From Eledone cirrhosa (taxonomy: Eukaryota): 64,000 nt of DNA. Numbering within the stretch: position 1 is the stretch's first letter; each line of letters begins with the position of its first letter. Below, one piece after another: positions 1 to 12,570 of the stretch. Location of the stretch: assembly GCA_964016885.1 (NCBI GenBank), contig OZ024740.1, forward strand, positions 422,778,001 to 422,842,000, given 5' to 3'. The notes under the pieces were generated by a model. The model saw only the letters and a program-made list of their open reading frames with translations, searched no databases and was not told the origin of the DNA. Made by a program: the position numbers and the translations under genes.

Positions 1-3000
1 ATATTGTCGTTAATATTATGATGTTCCCTGCTGTATTAGCGTTAAATTTTCCCTGCTGTATTAGCGATAAATTTTCGAGGGTTTCTCTTAGTAGTTTTTT
101 CATGACGTTATTATTGTTAATTTTACTGATGTAGTATTAACTTATTAACTTGGATATTTACCATGCGGTATTCTAATCCTATTGTATCTCTCTCAGTTAT
201 TTACCATGCGACCCTCAGTTCCTACCCTACCCCCTCTCTATGCACTTCTTTAAGGCTTACTACCCTGTCTTTAACCTAATTCATTCAATCTGAAAATATT
301 GAAGAGATAAGACACTTTCCCATTCTTCTCTGCTAAAATGTATCACTAGAGCTGATTCCAATTTTCCCAGCCATCCATCTAATCTACGAAGGTATTTTAG
401 CCTACATATTGTCGTTAATATTATGATGTTCCCTGCTGTATTAGCGTTAAATTTTCCCTGCTGTATTAGCGATAAATTTTCGAAGGTTTCTCTTAGTAGT
501 TTTTTCATGACGTTATTATTGTTAATTTTACTGATGTAGTATTAACTTGGATATTTACCATGCGACTCTCAGTTCCTAACCCCCCCCCCCCTCTCTATGC
601 ACTTCTTTAAGGCTTACTACCCTGTCTTTAACCTAATTCATTCAATCTGAAAATATTGAAGAGATAAGACACTTTCCCATTCTTCTCTGCTAAAATGTAT
701 CACTAGAGCTGATTCCAATTTTCCCAGCCATCCATCTAATCTACGAAGGTATTTTAGCCTACATATTGTCGTTAATATTATGATGTTCCCTGCTGTATTA
801 GCGTTAAATTTTCCCTGCTGTATTAGCGATAAATTTTCGAGGGTTTCTCTTAGTAGTTTTTTCATGACGTTATTATTGTTAATTTTACTGATGTAGTATT
901 AACTTATTAACTTGGATATTTACCATGCGGTATTCTAATCCTATTGTATCTCTCTCAGTTATTTACCATGCGACCCTCAGTTCCTACCCTACCCCCTCTC
1001 TATGCACTTCTTTAAGGCTTACTACCCTGTTTTTAACCTAATTCATTCAATCTGAAAATATTGAAGAGATAAGACACTTTCCCATTCTTCTCTGCTAAAA
1101 TGTATCACTAGAGCTGATTCCAATTTTCCCAGCCATCCATCTAATCTACGAAGGTATTTTAGCCTACATATTGTCGTTAATATTATGATGTTCCCTGCTG
1201 TATTAGCGTTAAATTTTCCCTGCTGTATTAGCGATAAATTTTCGAGGGTTTCTCTTAGTAGTTTTTTCATGACGTTATTATTGTTAATTTTACTGATGTA
1301 GTATTAACTTGGATATTTACCATGCGACTCTCAGTTCCTACCCCCCCCCCCCCTCTCTCTCTCTCTATGCACTTCTTTAAGGCTTACTACCCTGTCTTTA
1401 ACCTAATTCATTCAATCTGAAAATATTGAAGAGATAAGACACTTTCCCATTCTTCTCTGCTAAAATGTATCACTAGAGCTGATTCCAATTTTCCCAGCCA
1501 TCCATCTAATCTACGAAGGTATTTTAGCCTACATATTGTCGTTAATATTATGATGTTCCCTGCTGTATTAGCGTTAAATTTTCCCTGCTGTATTAGCGAT
1601 AAATTTTCGAGGGTTTCTCTTAGTAGTTTTTTCATGACGTTATTATTGTTAATTTTACTGATGTAGTATTAACTTGGATATTTACCATGCGACTCTCAGT
1701 TCCTACCCCCCCCCTCTCTATGCACTTCTTTAAGGCTTACTACCCTGTCTTTAACCTAATTCATTCAATCTGAAAATATTGAAGAGATAAGACACTTTCC
1801 CATTCTTCTCTGCTAAAATGTATCACTAGAGCTGATTCCAATTTTCCCAGCCATCCATCTAATCTACGAAGGTATTTTAGCCTACATATTGTCGTTAATA
1901 TTATGATGTTCCCTGCTGTATTAGCGTTAAATTTTCCCTGCTGTATTAGCGATAAATTTTCGAGGGTTTCTCTTAGTAGTTTTTTCATGACGTTATTATT
2001 GTTAATTTTACTGATGTAGTATTAACTTATTAACTTGGATATTTACCATGCGGTATTCTAATCCTATTGTATCTCTCTCAGTTATTTACCATGCGACCCT
2101 CAGTTCCTACCCCCCCCCCCCCCCCCCTCTCTATGCACTTCTTTAAGGCTTACTACCGTGTCTTTAACCTAATTCATTCAATCTGAAAATATTGAAGAGA
2201 TAAGACACTTTCCCATTCTTCTCTGCTAAAATGTATCACTAGAGCTGATTCCAATTTTCCCAGCCATCCATCTAATCTACGAAGGTATTTTAGCCTACAT
2301 ATTGTCGTTAATATTATGATGTTCCCTGCTGTATTAGCGTTAAATTTTCCCTGCTGTATTAGCGATAAATTTTCGAGGGTTTCTCTTAGTAGTTTTTTCA
2401 TGACGTTATTATTGTTAATTTTACTGATGTAGTATTAACTTGGATATTTACCATGCGACTCTCAGTTCCTACCCCCCCCCCCCTCTCTATGCACTTCTTT
2501 AAGGCTTACTACCCTGTCTTTAACCTAATTCATTCAATCTGAAAATATTGAAGAGATAAGACACTTTCCCATTCTTCTCTGCTAAATTGTATCACTAGAG
2601 CTGATTCCAATTTTCCCAGCCATCCATCTAATCTACGAAGGTATTTTAGCCTACATATTGTCGTTAATATTATGATGTTCCCTGCTGTATTAGCGTTAAA
2701 TTTTCCCTGCTGTATTAGCGATAAATTTTCGAGGGTTTCTCTTAGTAGTTTTTTCATGACGTTATTATTGTTAATTTTACTGATGTAGTATTAACTTATT
2801 AACTTGGATATTTACCATGCGGTATTCTAATCCTATTGTATCTCTCTCAGTTATTTACCATGCGACCCTCAGTTCCTACCCTACCCCCTCTCTATGCACT
2901 TCTTTAAGGCTTACTACCCTGTCTTTAACCTAATTCATTCAATCTGAAAATATTGAAGAGATAAGACACTTTCCCATTCTTCTCTGCTAAAATGTATCAC

Positions 3001-6000
3001 TAGAGCTGATTCCAATTTTCCCAGCCATCCATCTAATCTACGAAGGTATTTTAGCCTACATATTGTCGTTAATATTATGATGTTCCCTGCTGTATTAGCG
3101 TTAAATTTTCCCTGCTGTATTAGCGATAAATTTTCGAGGGTTTCTCTTAGTAGTTTTTTCATGGCGTTATTATTGTTAATTTTACTGATGTAGTATTAAC
3201 TTGGATATTTACCATGCGACCCTCAGTTCCTACCCCCCCCCCCTCTCTATGCACTTCTTTAAGGCTTACTACCCTGTCTTTAACCTAATTCATTCAATCT
3301 GAAAATATTGAAGAGATAAGACACTTTCCCATTCTTCTCTGCTAAAATGTATCACTAGAGCTGATTCCAATTTTCCCAGCCATCCATCTAATCTACGAAG
3401 GTATTTTAGCCTACATATTGTCGTTAATATTATGATGTTCCCTGCTGTATTAGCGTTAAATTTTCCCTGCTGTATTAGCGATAAATTTTCGAGGGTTTCT
3501 CTTAGTAGTTTTTTCATGACGTTATTATTGTTAATTTTACTGATGTAGTATTAACTTATTAACTTGGATATTTACCATGCGACCCTCAGTTCCTACCCCC
3601 TCTCTATGCACTTCTTTAAGGCTTACTACCCTGTCTTTAACCTAATTCATTCAATCTGAAAATATTGAAGAGATAAGACACTTTCCCATTCTTCTCTGCT
3701 AAAATGTATCACTAGAGCTGATTCCAATTTTCCCAGCCATCCATCTAATCTACGAAGGTATTTTAGCCTACATATTGTCGTTAATATTATGATGTTCCCT
3801 GCTGTATTAGCGTTAAATTTTCCCTGCTGTATTAGCGATAAATTTTCGAGGGTTTCTCTTAGTAGTTTTTTCATGACGTTATTATTGTTAATTTTACTGA
3901 TGTAGTATTAACTTATTAACTTGGATATTTACCATGCGGTATTCTAATCCTATTGTATCTCTCTCAGTTATTTACCATGCGACCCTCAGTTCCTACCCTA
4001 CCCCCTCTCTATGCACTTCTTTAAGGCTTACTACCCTGTCTTTAACCTAATTCATTCAATCTGAAAATATTGAAGAGATAAGACACTTTCCCATTCTTCT
4101 CTGCTAAAATGTATCACTAGAGCTGATTCCAATTTTCCCAGCCATCCATCTAATCTACGAAGGTATTTTAGCCTACATATTGTCGTTAATATTATGATGT
4201 TCCCTGCTGTATTAGCGTTAAATTTTCCCTGCTGTATTAGCGATAAATTTTCGAGGGTTTCTCTTAGTAGTTTTTTCATGGCGTTATTATTGTTAATTTT
4301 ACTGATGTAGTATTAACTTGGATATTTACCATGCGACCCTCAGTTCCTACCCCCCCCCCCCTCTCTATGCACTTCTTTAAGGCTTACTACCCTGTCTTTA
4401 ACCTAATTCATTCAATCTGAAAATATTGAAGAGATAAGACACTTTCCCATTCTTCTCTGCTAAAATGTATCACTAGAGCTGATTCCAATTTTCCCAGCCA
4501 TCCATCTAATCTACGAAGGTATTTTAGCCTACATATTGTCGTTAATATTATGATGTTCCCTGCTGTATTAGCGTTAAATTTTCCCTGCTGTATTAGCGAT
4601 AAATTTTCGAGGGTTTCTCTTAGTAGTTTTTTCATGACGTTATTATTGTTAATTTTACTGATGTAGTATTAACTTATTAACTTGGATATTTACCATGCGA
4701 CCCTCAGTTCCTACCCCCTCTCTATGCACTTCTTTAAGGCTTACTACCCTGTCTTTAACCTAATTCATTCAATCTGAAAATATTGAAGAGATAAGACACT
4801 TTCCTATTCTTCTCTGCTAAAATGTATCACTAGAGCTGATTCCAATTTTCCCAGCCATCCATCTAATCTACGAAGGTATTTTAGCCTACATATTGTCGTT
4901 AATATTATGATGTTCCCTGCTGTATTAGCGTTAAATTTTCCCTGCTGTATTAGCGATAAATTTTCGAGGGTTTCTCTTAGTAGTTTTTTCATGACGTTAT
5001 TATTGTTAATTTTACTGATGTAGTATTAACTTGGATATTTACCATGCGACCCTCAGTTCCTCCCCCCCCCCCTCTCTATGCACTTCTTTAAGGCTTACTA
5101 CCCTGTCTTTAACCTAATTCATTCAATCTGAAAATATTGAAGAGATAAGACACTTTCCCATTCTTCTCTGCTAAAATGTATCACTAGAGCTGATTCCAAT
5201 TTTCCCAGCCATCCATCTAATCTACGAAGGTATTTTAGCCTACATATTGTCGTTAATATTATGATGTTCCCTGCTGTATTAGCGTTAAATTTTCCCTGCT
5301 GTATTAGCGATAAATTTTCGAGGGTTTCTCTTAGTAGTTTTTTCATGACGTTATTATTGTTAATTTTACTGATGTAGTATTAACTTGGATATTTACCATG
5401 CGACCCTCAGTTCCTACCCCCTCCCCCTCTCTATGCACTTCTTTAAGGCTTACTACCCTGTCTTTAACCTAATTCATTCAATCTGAAAATATTGAAGAGA
5501 TAAGACACTTTCCTATTCTTCTCTGCTAAAATGTATCACTAGAGCTGATTCCAATTTTCCCAGCCATCCATCTAATCTACGAAGGTATTTTAGCCTACAT
5601 ATTGTCGTTAATATTATGATGTTCCCTGCTGTATTAGCGTTAAATTTTCCCTGCTGTATTAGCGATAAATTTTCGAGGGTTTCTCTTAGTAGTTTTTTCA
5701 TGACGTTATTATTGTTAATTTTACTGATGTAGTATTAACTTGGATATTTACCATGCGACCCTCAGTTCCTTCCCCCCCCCCTCTCTATGCACTTCTTTAA
5801 GGCTTACTACCCTGTCTTTAACCTAATTCATTCAATCTGAAAATATTGAAGAGATAAGACACTTTCCCATTCTTCTCTGCTAAAATGTATCACTAGAGCT
5901 GATTCCAATTTTCCCAGCCATCCATCTAATCTACGAAGGTATTTTAGCCTACATATTGTCGTTAATATTATGATGTTCCCTGCTGTATTAGCGTTAAATT

Positions 6001-9000
6001 TTCCCTGCTGTATTAGCGATAAATTTTCGAGGGTTTCTCTTAGTAGTTTTTTCATGACGTTATTATTGTTAATTTTACTGATGTAGTATTAACTTGGATA
6101 TTTACCATGCGACCCTCAGTTCCTACCCCCTCCCCCTCTCTATGCACTTCTTTAAGGCTTACTACCCTGTCTTTAACCTAATTCATTCAATCTGAAAATA
6201 TTGAAGAGATAAGACACTTTCCTATTCTTCTCTGCTAAAATGTATCACTAGAGCTGATTCCAATTTTCCCAGCCATCCATCTAATCTACGAAGGTATTTT
6301 AGCCTACATATTGTCGTTAATATTATGATGTTCCCTGCTGTATTAGCGTTAAATTTTCCCTGCTGTATTAGCGATAAATTTTCGAGGGTTTCTCTTAGTA
6401 GTTTTTTCATGACGTTATTATTGTTAATTTTACTGATGTAGTATTAACTTGGATATTTACCATGCGACCCACAGTTCCTACCCCCCCCCCTCTCTATGCA
6501 CTTCTTTAAGGCTTACTACCCTGTCTTTAACCTAATTCATTCAATCTGAAAATATTGAAGAGATAAGACACTTTCCTATTCTTCTCTGCTAAAATGTATC
6601 ACTAGAGCTGATTCCAATTTTCCCAGCCATCCATCTAATCTACGAAGGTATTTTAGCCTACATATTGTCGTTAATATTATGATGTTCCCTGCTGTATTAG
6701 CGTTAAATTTTCCCTGCTGTATTAGCGATAAATTTTCGAGGGTTTCTCTTAGTAGTTTTTTCATGACGTTATTATTGTTAATTTTACTGATGTAGTATTA
6801 ACTTGGATATTTACCATGCGACCCTCAGTTCCTACCCCCCCCCCCCCTCTCTATGCACTTCTTTAAGGCTTACTACCCTGTCTTTAACCTAATTCATTCA
6901 ATCTGAAAATATTGAAGAGATAAGACACTTTCCCATTCTTCTCTGCTAAAATGTATCACTAGAGCTGATTCCAATTTTCCCAGCCATCCATCTAATCTAC
7001 GAAGGTATTTTAGCCTACATATTGTCGTTAATATTATGATGTTCCCTGCTGTATTAGCGTTAAATTTTCCCTGCTGTATTAGCGATAAATTTTCGAGGGT
7101 TTCTCTTAGTAGTTTTTTCATGACGTTATTATTGTTAATTTTACTGATGTAGTATTAACTTGGATATTTACCATGCGACCCTCAGTTCCTACCCCCCCCC
7201 CCCTCTCTATGCACTTCTTTAAGGCTTACTACCCCGTCTTTAACCTAATTCATTCAATCTGAAAATATTGAAGAGATAAGACACTTTCCTATTCTTCTCT
7301 GCTAAAATGTATCACTAGAGCTGATTCCAATTTTCCCAGCCATCCATCTAATCTACGAAGGTATTTTAGCCTACATATTGTCGTTAATATTATGATGTTC
7401 CCTGCTGTATTAGCGTTAAATTTTCCCTGCTGTATTAGCGATAAATTTTCGAGGGTTTCTCTTAGTAGTTTTTTCATGACGTTATTATTGTTAATTTTAC
7501 TGATGTAGTATTAACTTGGATATTTACCATGCGACCCTCAGTTCCTACCCCCCCCCCCCTCTCTATGCACTTCTTTAAGGCTTACTACCCTGTCTTTAAC
7601 CTAATTCATTCAATCTGAAAATATTGAAGAGATAAGACACTTTCCTATTCTTCTCTGCTAAAATGTATCACTAGAGCTGATTCCAATTTTCCCAGCCATC
7701 CATCTAATCTACGAAGGTTTTTTAGCCTACATATTGTCGTTAATATTATGATGTTCCCTGCTGTATTAGCGTTAAATTTTCCCTGCTGTATTAGCGATAA
7801 ATTTTCGAGGGTTTCTCTTAGTAGTTTTTTCATGGCGTTATTATTGTTAATTTTACTGATGTAGTATTAACTTGGATATTTACCATGCGACCCTCAGTTC
7901 CTACCCCCCCCCCTCTCTATGCACTTCTTTAAGGCTTACTACCCTGTCTTTAACCTAATTCATTCAATCTGAAAATATTGAAGAGATAAGACACTTTCCC
8001 ATTCTTCTCTGCTAAAATGTATCACTAGAGCTGATTCCAATTTTCCCAGCCATCCATCTAATCTACGAAGGTATTTTAGCCTACATATTGTCGTTAATAT
8101 TATGATGTTCCCTGCTGTATTAGCGTTAAATTTTCCCTGCTGTATTAGCGATAAATTTTCGAGGGTTTCTCTTAGTAGTTTTTTCATGACGTTATTATTG
8201 TTAATTTTACTGATGTAGTATTAACTTATTAACTTGGATATTTACCATGCGACCCTCAGTTCCTACCCCCTCTCTATGCACTTCTTTAAGGCTTACTACC
8301 CTGTCTTTAACCTAATTCATTCAATCTGAAAATATTGAAGAGATAAGACACTTTCCCATTCTTCTCTGCTAAAATGTATCACTAGAGCTGATTCCAATTT
8401 TCCCAGCCATCCATCTAATCTACGAAGGTATTTTAGCCTACATATTGTCGTTAATATTATGATGTTCCCTGCTGTATTAGCGTTAAATTTTCCCTGCTGT
8501 ATTAGCGATAAATTTTCGAGGGTTTCTCTTAGTAGTTTTTTCATGACGTTATTATTGTTAATTTTACTGATGTAGTATTAACTTATTAACTTGGATATTT
8601 ACCATGCGGTATTCTAATCCTATTGTATCTCTCTCAGTTATTTACCATGCGACCCTCAGTTCCTACCCTACCCCCTCTCTATGCACTTCTTTAAGGCTTA
8701 CTACCCTGTCTTTAACCTAATTCATTCAATCTGAAAATATTGAAGAGATAAGACACTTTCCCATTCTTCTCTGCTAAAATGTATCACTAGAGCTGATTCC
8801 AATTTTCCCAGCCATCCATCTAATCTACGAAGGTATTTTAGCCTACATATTGTCGTTAATATTATGATGTTCCCTGCTGTATTAGCGTTAAATTTTCCCT
8901 GCTGTATTAGCGATAAATTTTCGAGGGTTTCTCTTAGTAGTTTTTTCATGGCGTTATTATTGTTAATTTTACTGATGTAGTATTAACTTGGATATTTACC

Positions 9001-12000
9001 ATGCGACCCTCAGTTCCTACCCCCCCCCCCTCTCTATGCACTTCTTTAAGGCTTACTACCCTGTCTTTAACCTAATTCATTCAATCTGAAAATATTGAAG
9101 AGATAAGACACTTTCCCATTCTTCTCTGCTAAAATGTATCACTAGAGCTGATTCCAATTTTCCCAGCCATCCATCTAATCTACGAAGGTATTTTAGCCTA
9201 CATATTGTCGTTAATATTATGATGTTCCCTGCTGTATTAGCGTTAAATTTTCCCTGCTGTATTAGCGATAAATTTTCGAGGGTTTCTCTTAGTAGTTTTT
9301 TCATGACGTTATTATTGTTAATTTTACTGATGTAGTATTAACTTATTAACTTGGATATTTACCATGCGACCCTCAGTTCCTACCCCCTCTCTATGCACTT
9401 CTTTAAGGCTTACTACCCTGTCTTTAACCTAATTCATTCAATCTGAAAATATTGAAGAGATAAGACACTTTCCTATTCTTCTCTGCTAAAATGTATCACT
9501 AGAGCTGATTCCAATTTTCCCAGCCATCCATCTAATCTACGAAGGTATTTTAGCCTACATATTGTCGTTAATATTATGATGTTCCCTGCTGTATTAGCGT
9601 TAAATTTTCCCTGCTGTATTAGCGATAAATTTTCGAGGGTTTCTCTTAGTAGTTTTTTCATGACGTTATTATTGTTAATTTTACTGATGTAGTATTAACT
9701 TGGATATTTACCATGCGACCCTCAGTTCCTACCCCCCCTCTCTATGCACTTCTTTAAGGCTTACTACCCTGTCTTTAACCTAATTCATTCAATCTGAAAA
9801 TATTGAAGAGATAAGACACTTTCCCATTCTTCTCTGCTAAAATGTATCACTAGAGCTGATTCCAATTTTCCCAGCCATCCATCTAATCTACGAAGGTATT
9901 TTAGCCTACATATTGTCGTTAATATTATGATGTTCCCTGCTGTATTAGCGTTAAATTTTCCCTGCTGTATTAGCGATAAATTTTCGAGGGTTTCTCTTAG
10001 TAGTTTTTTCATGACGTTATTATTGTTAATTTTACTGATGTAGTATTAACTTGGATATTTACCATGCGACCCTCAGTTCCTACCCCCTCCCCCTCTCTAT
10101 GCACTTCTTTAAGGCTTACTACCCTGTCTTTAACCGAATTCATTCAATCTGAAAATATTGAAGAGATAAGACACTTTCCTATTCTTCTCTGCTAAAATGT
10201 ATCACTAGAGCTGATTCCAATTTTCCCAGCCATCCATCTAATCTACGAAGGTATTTTAGCCTACATATTGTCGTTAATATTATGATGTTCCCTGCTGTAT
10301 TAGCGTTAAATTTTCCCTGCTGTATTAGCGATAAATTTTCGAGGGTTTCTCTTAGTAGTTTTTTCATGACGTTATTATTGTTAATTTTACTGATGTAGTA
10401 TTAACTTGGATATTTACCATGCGACCCTCAGTTCCTACCCCCCCCTCTCTATGCACTTCTTTAAGGCTTACTACCCTGTCTTTAACCTAATTCATTCAAT
10501 CTGAAAATATTGAAGAGATAAGACACTTTCCTATTCTTCTCTGCTAAAATGTATCACTAGAGCTGATTCCAATTTTCCCAGCCATCCATCTAATCTACGA
10601 AGGTATTTTAGCCTACATATTGTCGTTAATATTATGATGTTCCCTGCTGTATTAGCGTTAAATTTTCCCTGCTGTATTAGCGATAAATTTTCGAGGGTTT
10701 CTCTTAGTAGTTTTTTCATGACGTTATTATTGTTAATTTTACTGATGTAGTATTAACTTGGATATTTACCATGCGACCCTCAGTTCCTACCCCCCCCCCC
10801 CCTCTCTATGCACTTCTTTAAGGCTTACTACCCTGTCTTTAACCTAATTCATTCAATCTGAAAATATTGAAGAGATAAGACACTTTCCCATTCTTCTCTG
10901 CTAAAATGTATCACTAGAGCTGATTCCAATTTTCCCAGCCATCCATCTAATCTACGAAGGTATTTTAGCCTACATATTGTCGTTAATATTATGATGTTCC
11001 CTGCTGTATTAGCGTTAAATTTTCCCTGCTGTATTAGCGATAAATTTTCGAGGGTTTCTCTTAGTAGTTTTTTCATGACGTTATTATTGTTAATTTTACT
11101 GATGTAGTATTAACTTGGATATTTACCATGCGACCCTCAGTTCCTACCCCCCCCCCCTCTCTATGCACTTCTTTAAGGCTTACTACCCCGTCTTTAACCT
11201 AATTCATTCAATCTGAAAATATTGAAGAGATAAGACACTTTCCTATTCTTCTCTGCTAAAATGTATCACTAGAGCTGATTCCAATTTTCCCAGCCATCCA
11301 TCTAATCTACGAAGGTATTTTAGCCTACATATTGTCGTTAATATTATGATGTTCCCTGCTGTATTAGCGTTAAATTTTCCCTGCTGTATTAGCGATAAAT
11401 TTTCGAGGGTTTCTCTTAGTAGTTTTTTCATGACGTTATTATTGTTAATTTTACTGATGTAGTATTAACTTGGATATTTACCATGCGACCCTCAGTTCCT
11501 ACCCCCCCCCCCCCCTCTCTATGCACTTCTTTAAGGCTTACTACCCTGTCTTTAACCTAATTCATTCAATCTGAAAATATTGAAGAGATAAGACACTTTC
11601 CTATTCTTCTCTGCTAAAATGTATCACTAGAGCTGATTCCAATTTTCCCAGCCATCCATCTAATCTACGAAGGTATTTTAGCCTACATATTGTCGTTAAT
11701 ATTATGATGTTCCCTGCTGTATTAGCGTTAAATTTTCCCTGCTGTATTAGCGATAAATTTTCGAGGGTTTCTCTTAGTAGTTTTTTCATGACGTTATTAT
11801 TGTTAATTTTACTGATGTAGTATTAACTTGGATATTTACCATGCGACCCTCAGTTCCTACCCCCCCCCCTCTCTATGCACTTCTTTAAGGCTTACTACCC
11901 TGTCTTTAACCTAATTCATTCAATCTGAAAATATTGAAGAGATAAGACACTTTCCTATTCTTCTCTGCTAAAATGTATCACTAGAGCTGATTCCAATTTT

Positions 12001-12570
12001 CCCAGCCATCCATCTAATCTACGAAGGTATTTTAGCCTACATATTGTCGTTAATATTATGATGTTCCCTGCTGTATTAGCGTTAAATTTTATTTGCTGTA
12101 TTAGCGATAAATTTTCGAGGGTTTCTCTTAGTAGTTTTTTCATGACGTTATTATTGTTAATTTTACTGATGTAGTATTAACTTATTAACTTGGATATTTA
12201 CCATGCGACCCTCAGTTCCTATCCCCTCTCTATGCACTTCTTTAAGGCTTACTACCCTGTCTTTAACCTAATTCATTCAATCTGAAAATATTGAAGAGAT
12301 AAGACACTTTCCCATTCTTCTCTGCTAAAATGTATCACTAGAGCTGATTCCAATTTTCCCAGCCATCCATCTAATCTACGAAGGTATTTTAGCCTACATA
12401 TTGTCGTTAATATTATGATGTTCCTTGCTGTATTAGCGTTAAATTTTCCCTGCTGTATTAGCGATAAATTTTCGAGGGTTTCTCTTAGTAGTTTTTTCAT
12501 GACGTTATTATTGTTAATTTTACTGATGTAGTATTAACTTGGATATTTACCATGCGACCCTCAGTTCCTA
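1..12570. repeat. Tandem satellite array, ~35 monomers of ~353-365 bp (long variant ~405 bp), open at the window start
   Basis: 34 repeats of the same minus-strand 75/62-aa ORF mark the period. Units differ mainly in poly-C length, a 7-bp TTAACTT duplication, a ~42-bp internal duplication and a few SNPs. Confidence 0.98.

Noticed and set aside
281-12500. 34 copies of a 75/62-aa minus-strand ORF as a tandem gene family
   Set aside because: No recognisable domain. A nonsense variant spreads freely through many units, and the identity is explained by satellite homogeneity.
1-12570. Ribozyme (hammerhead or twister) or CRISPR-like nature of the 355-bp monomer
   Set aside because: No CTGANGA...GAAA core (closest is CTGATGT). 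The minus-strand GGGTAGTAAGCC looks twister-like but pseudoknot partners were not found. There are no unique spacers. A covariance-model scan would be needed to exclude a ribozyme fully.
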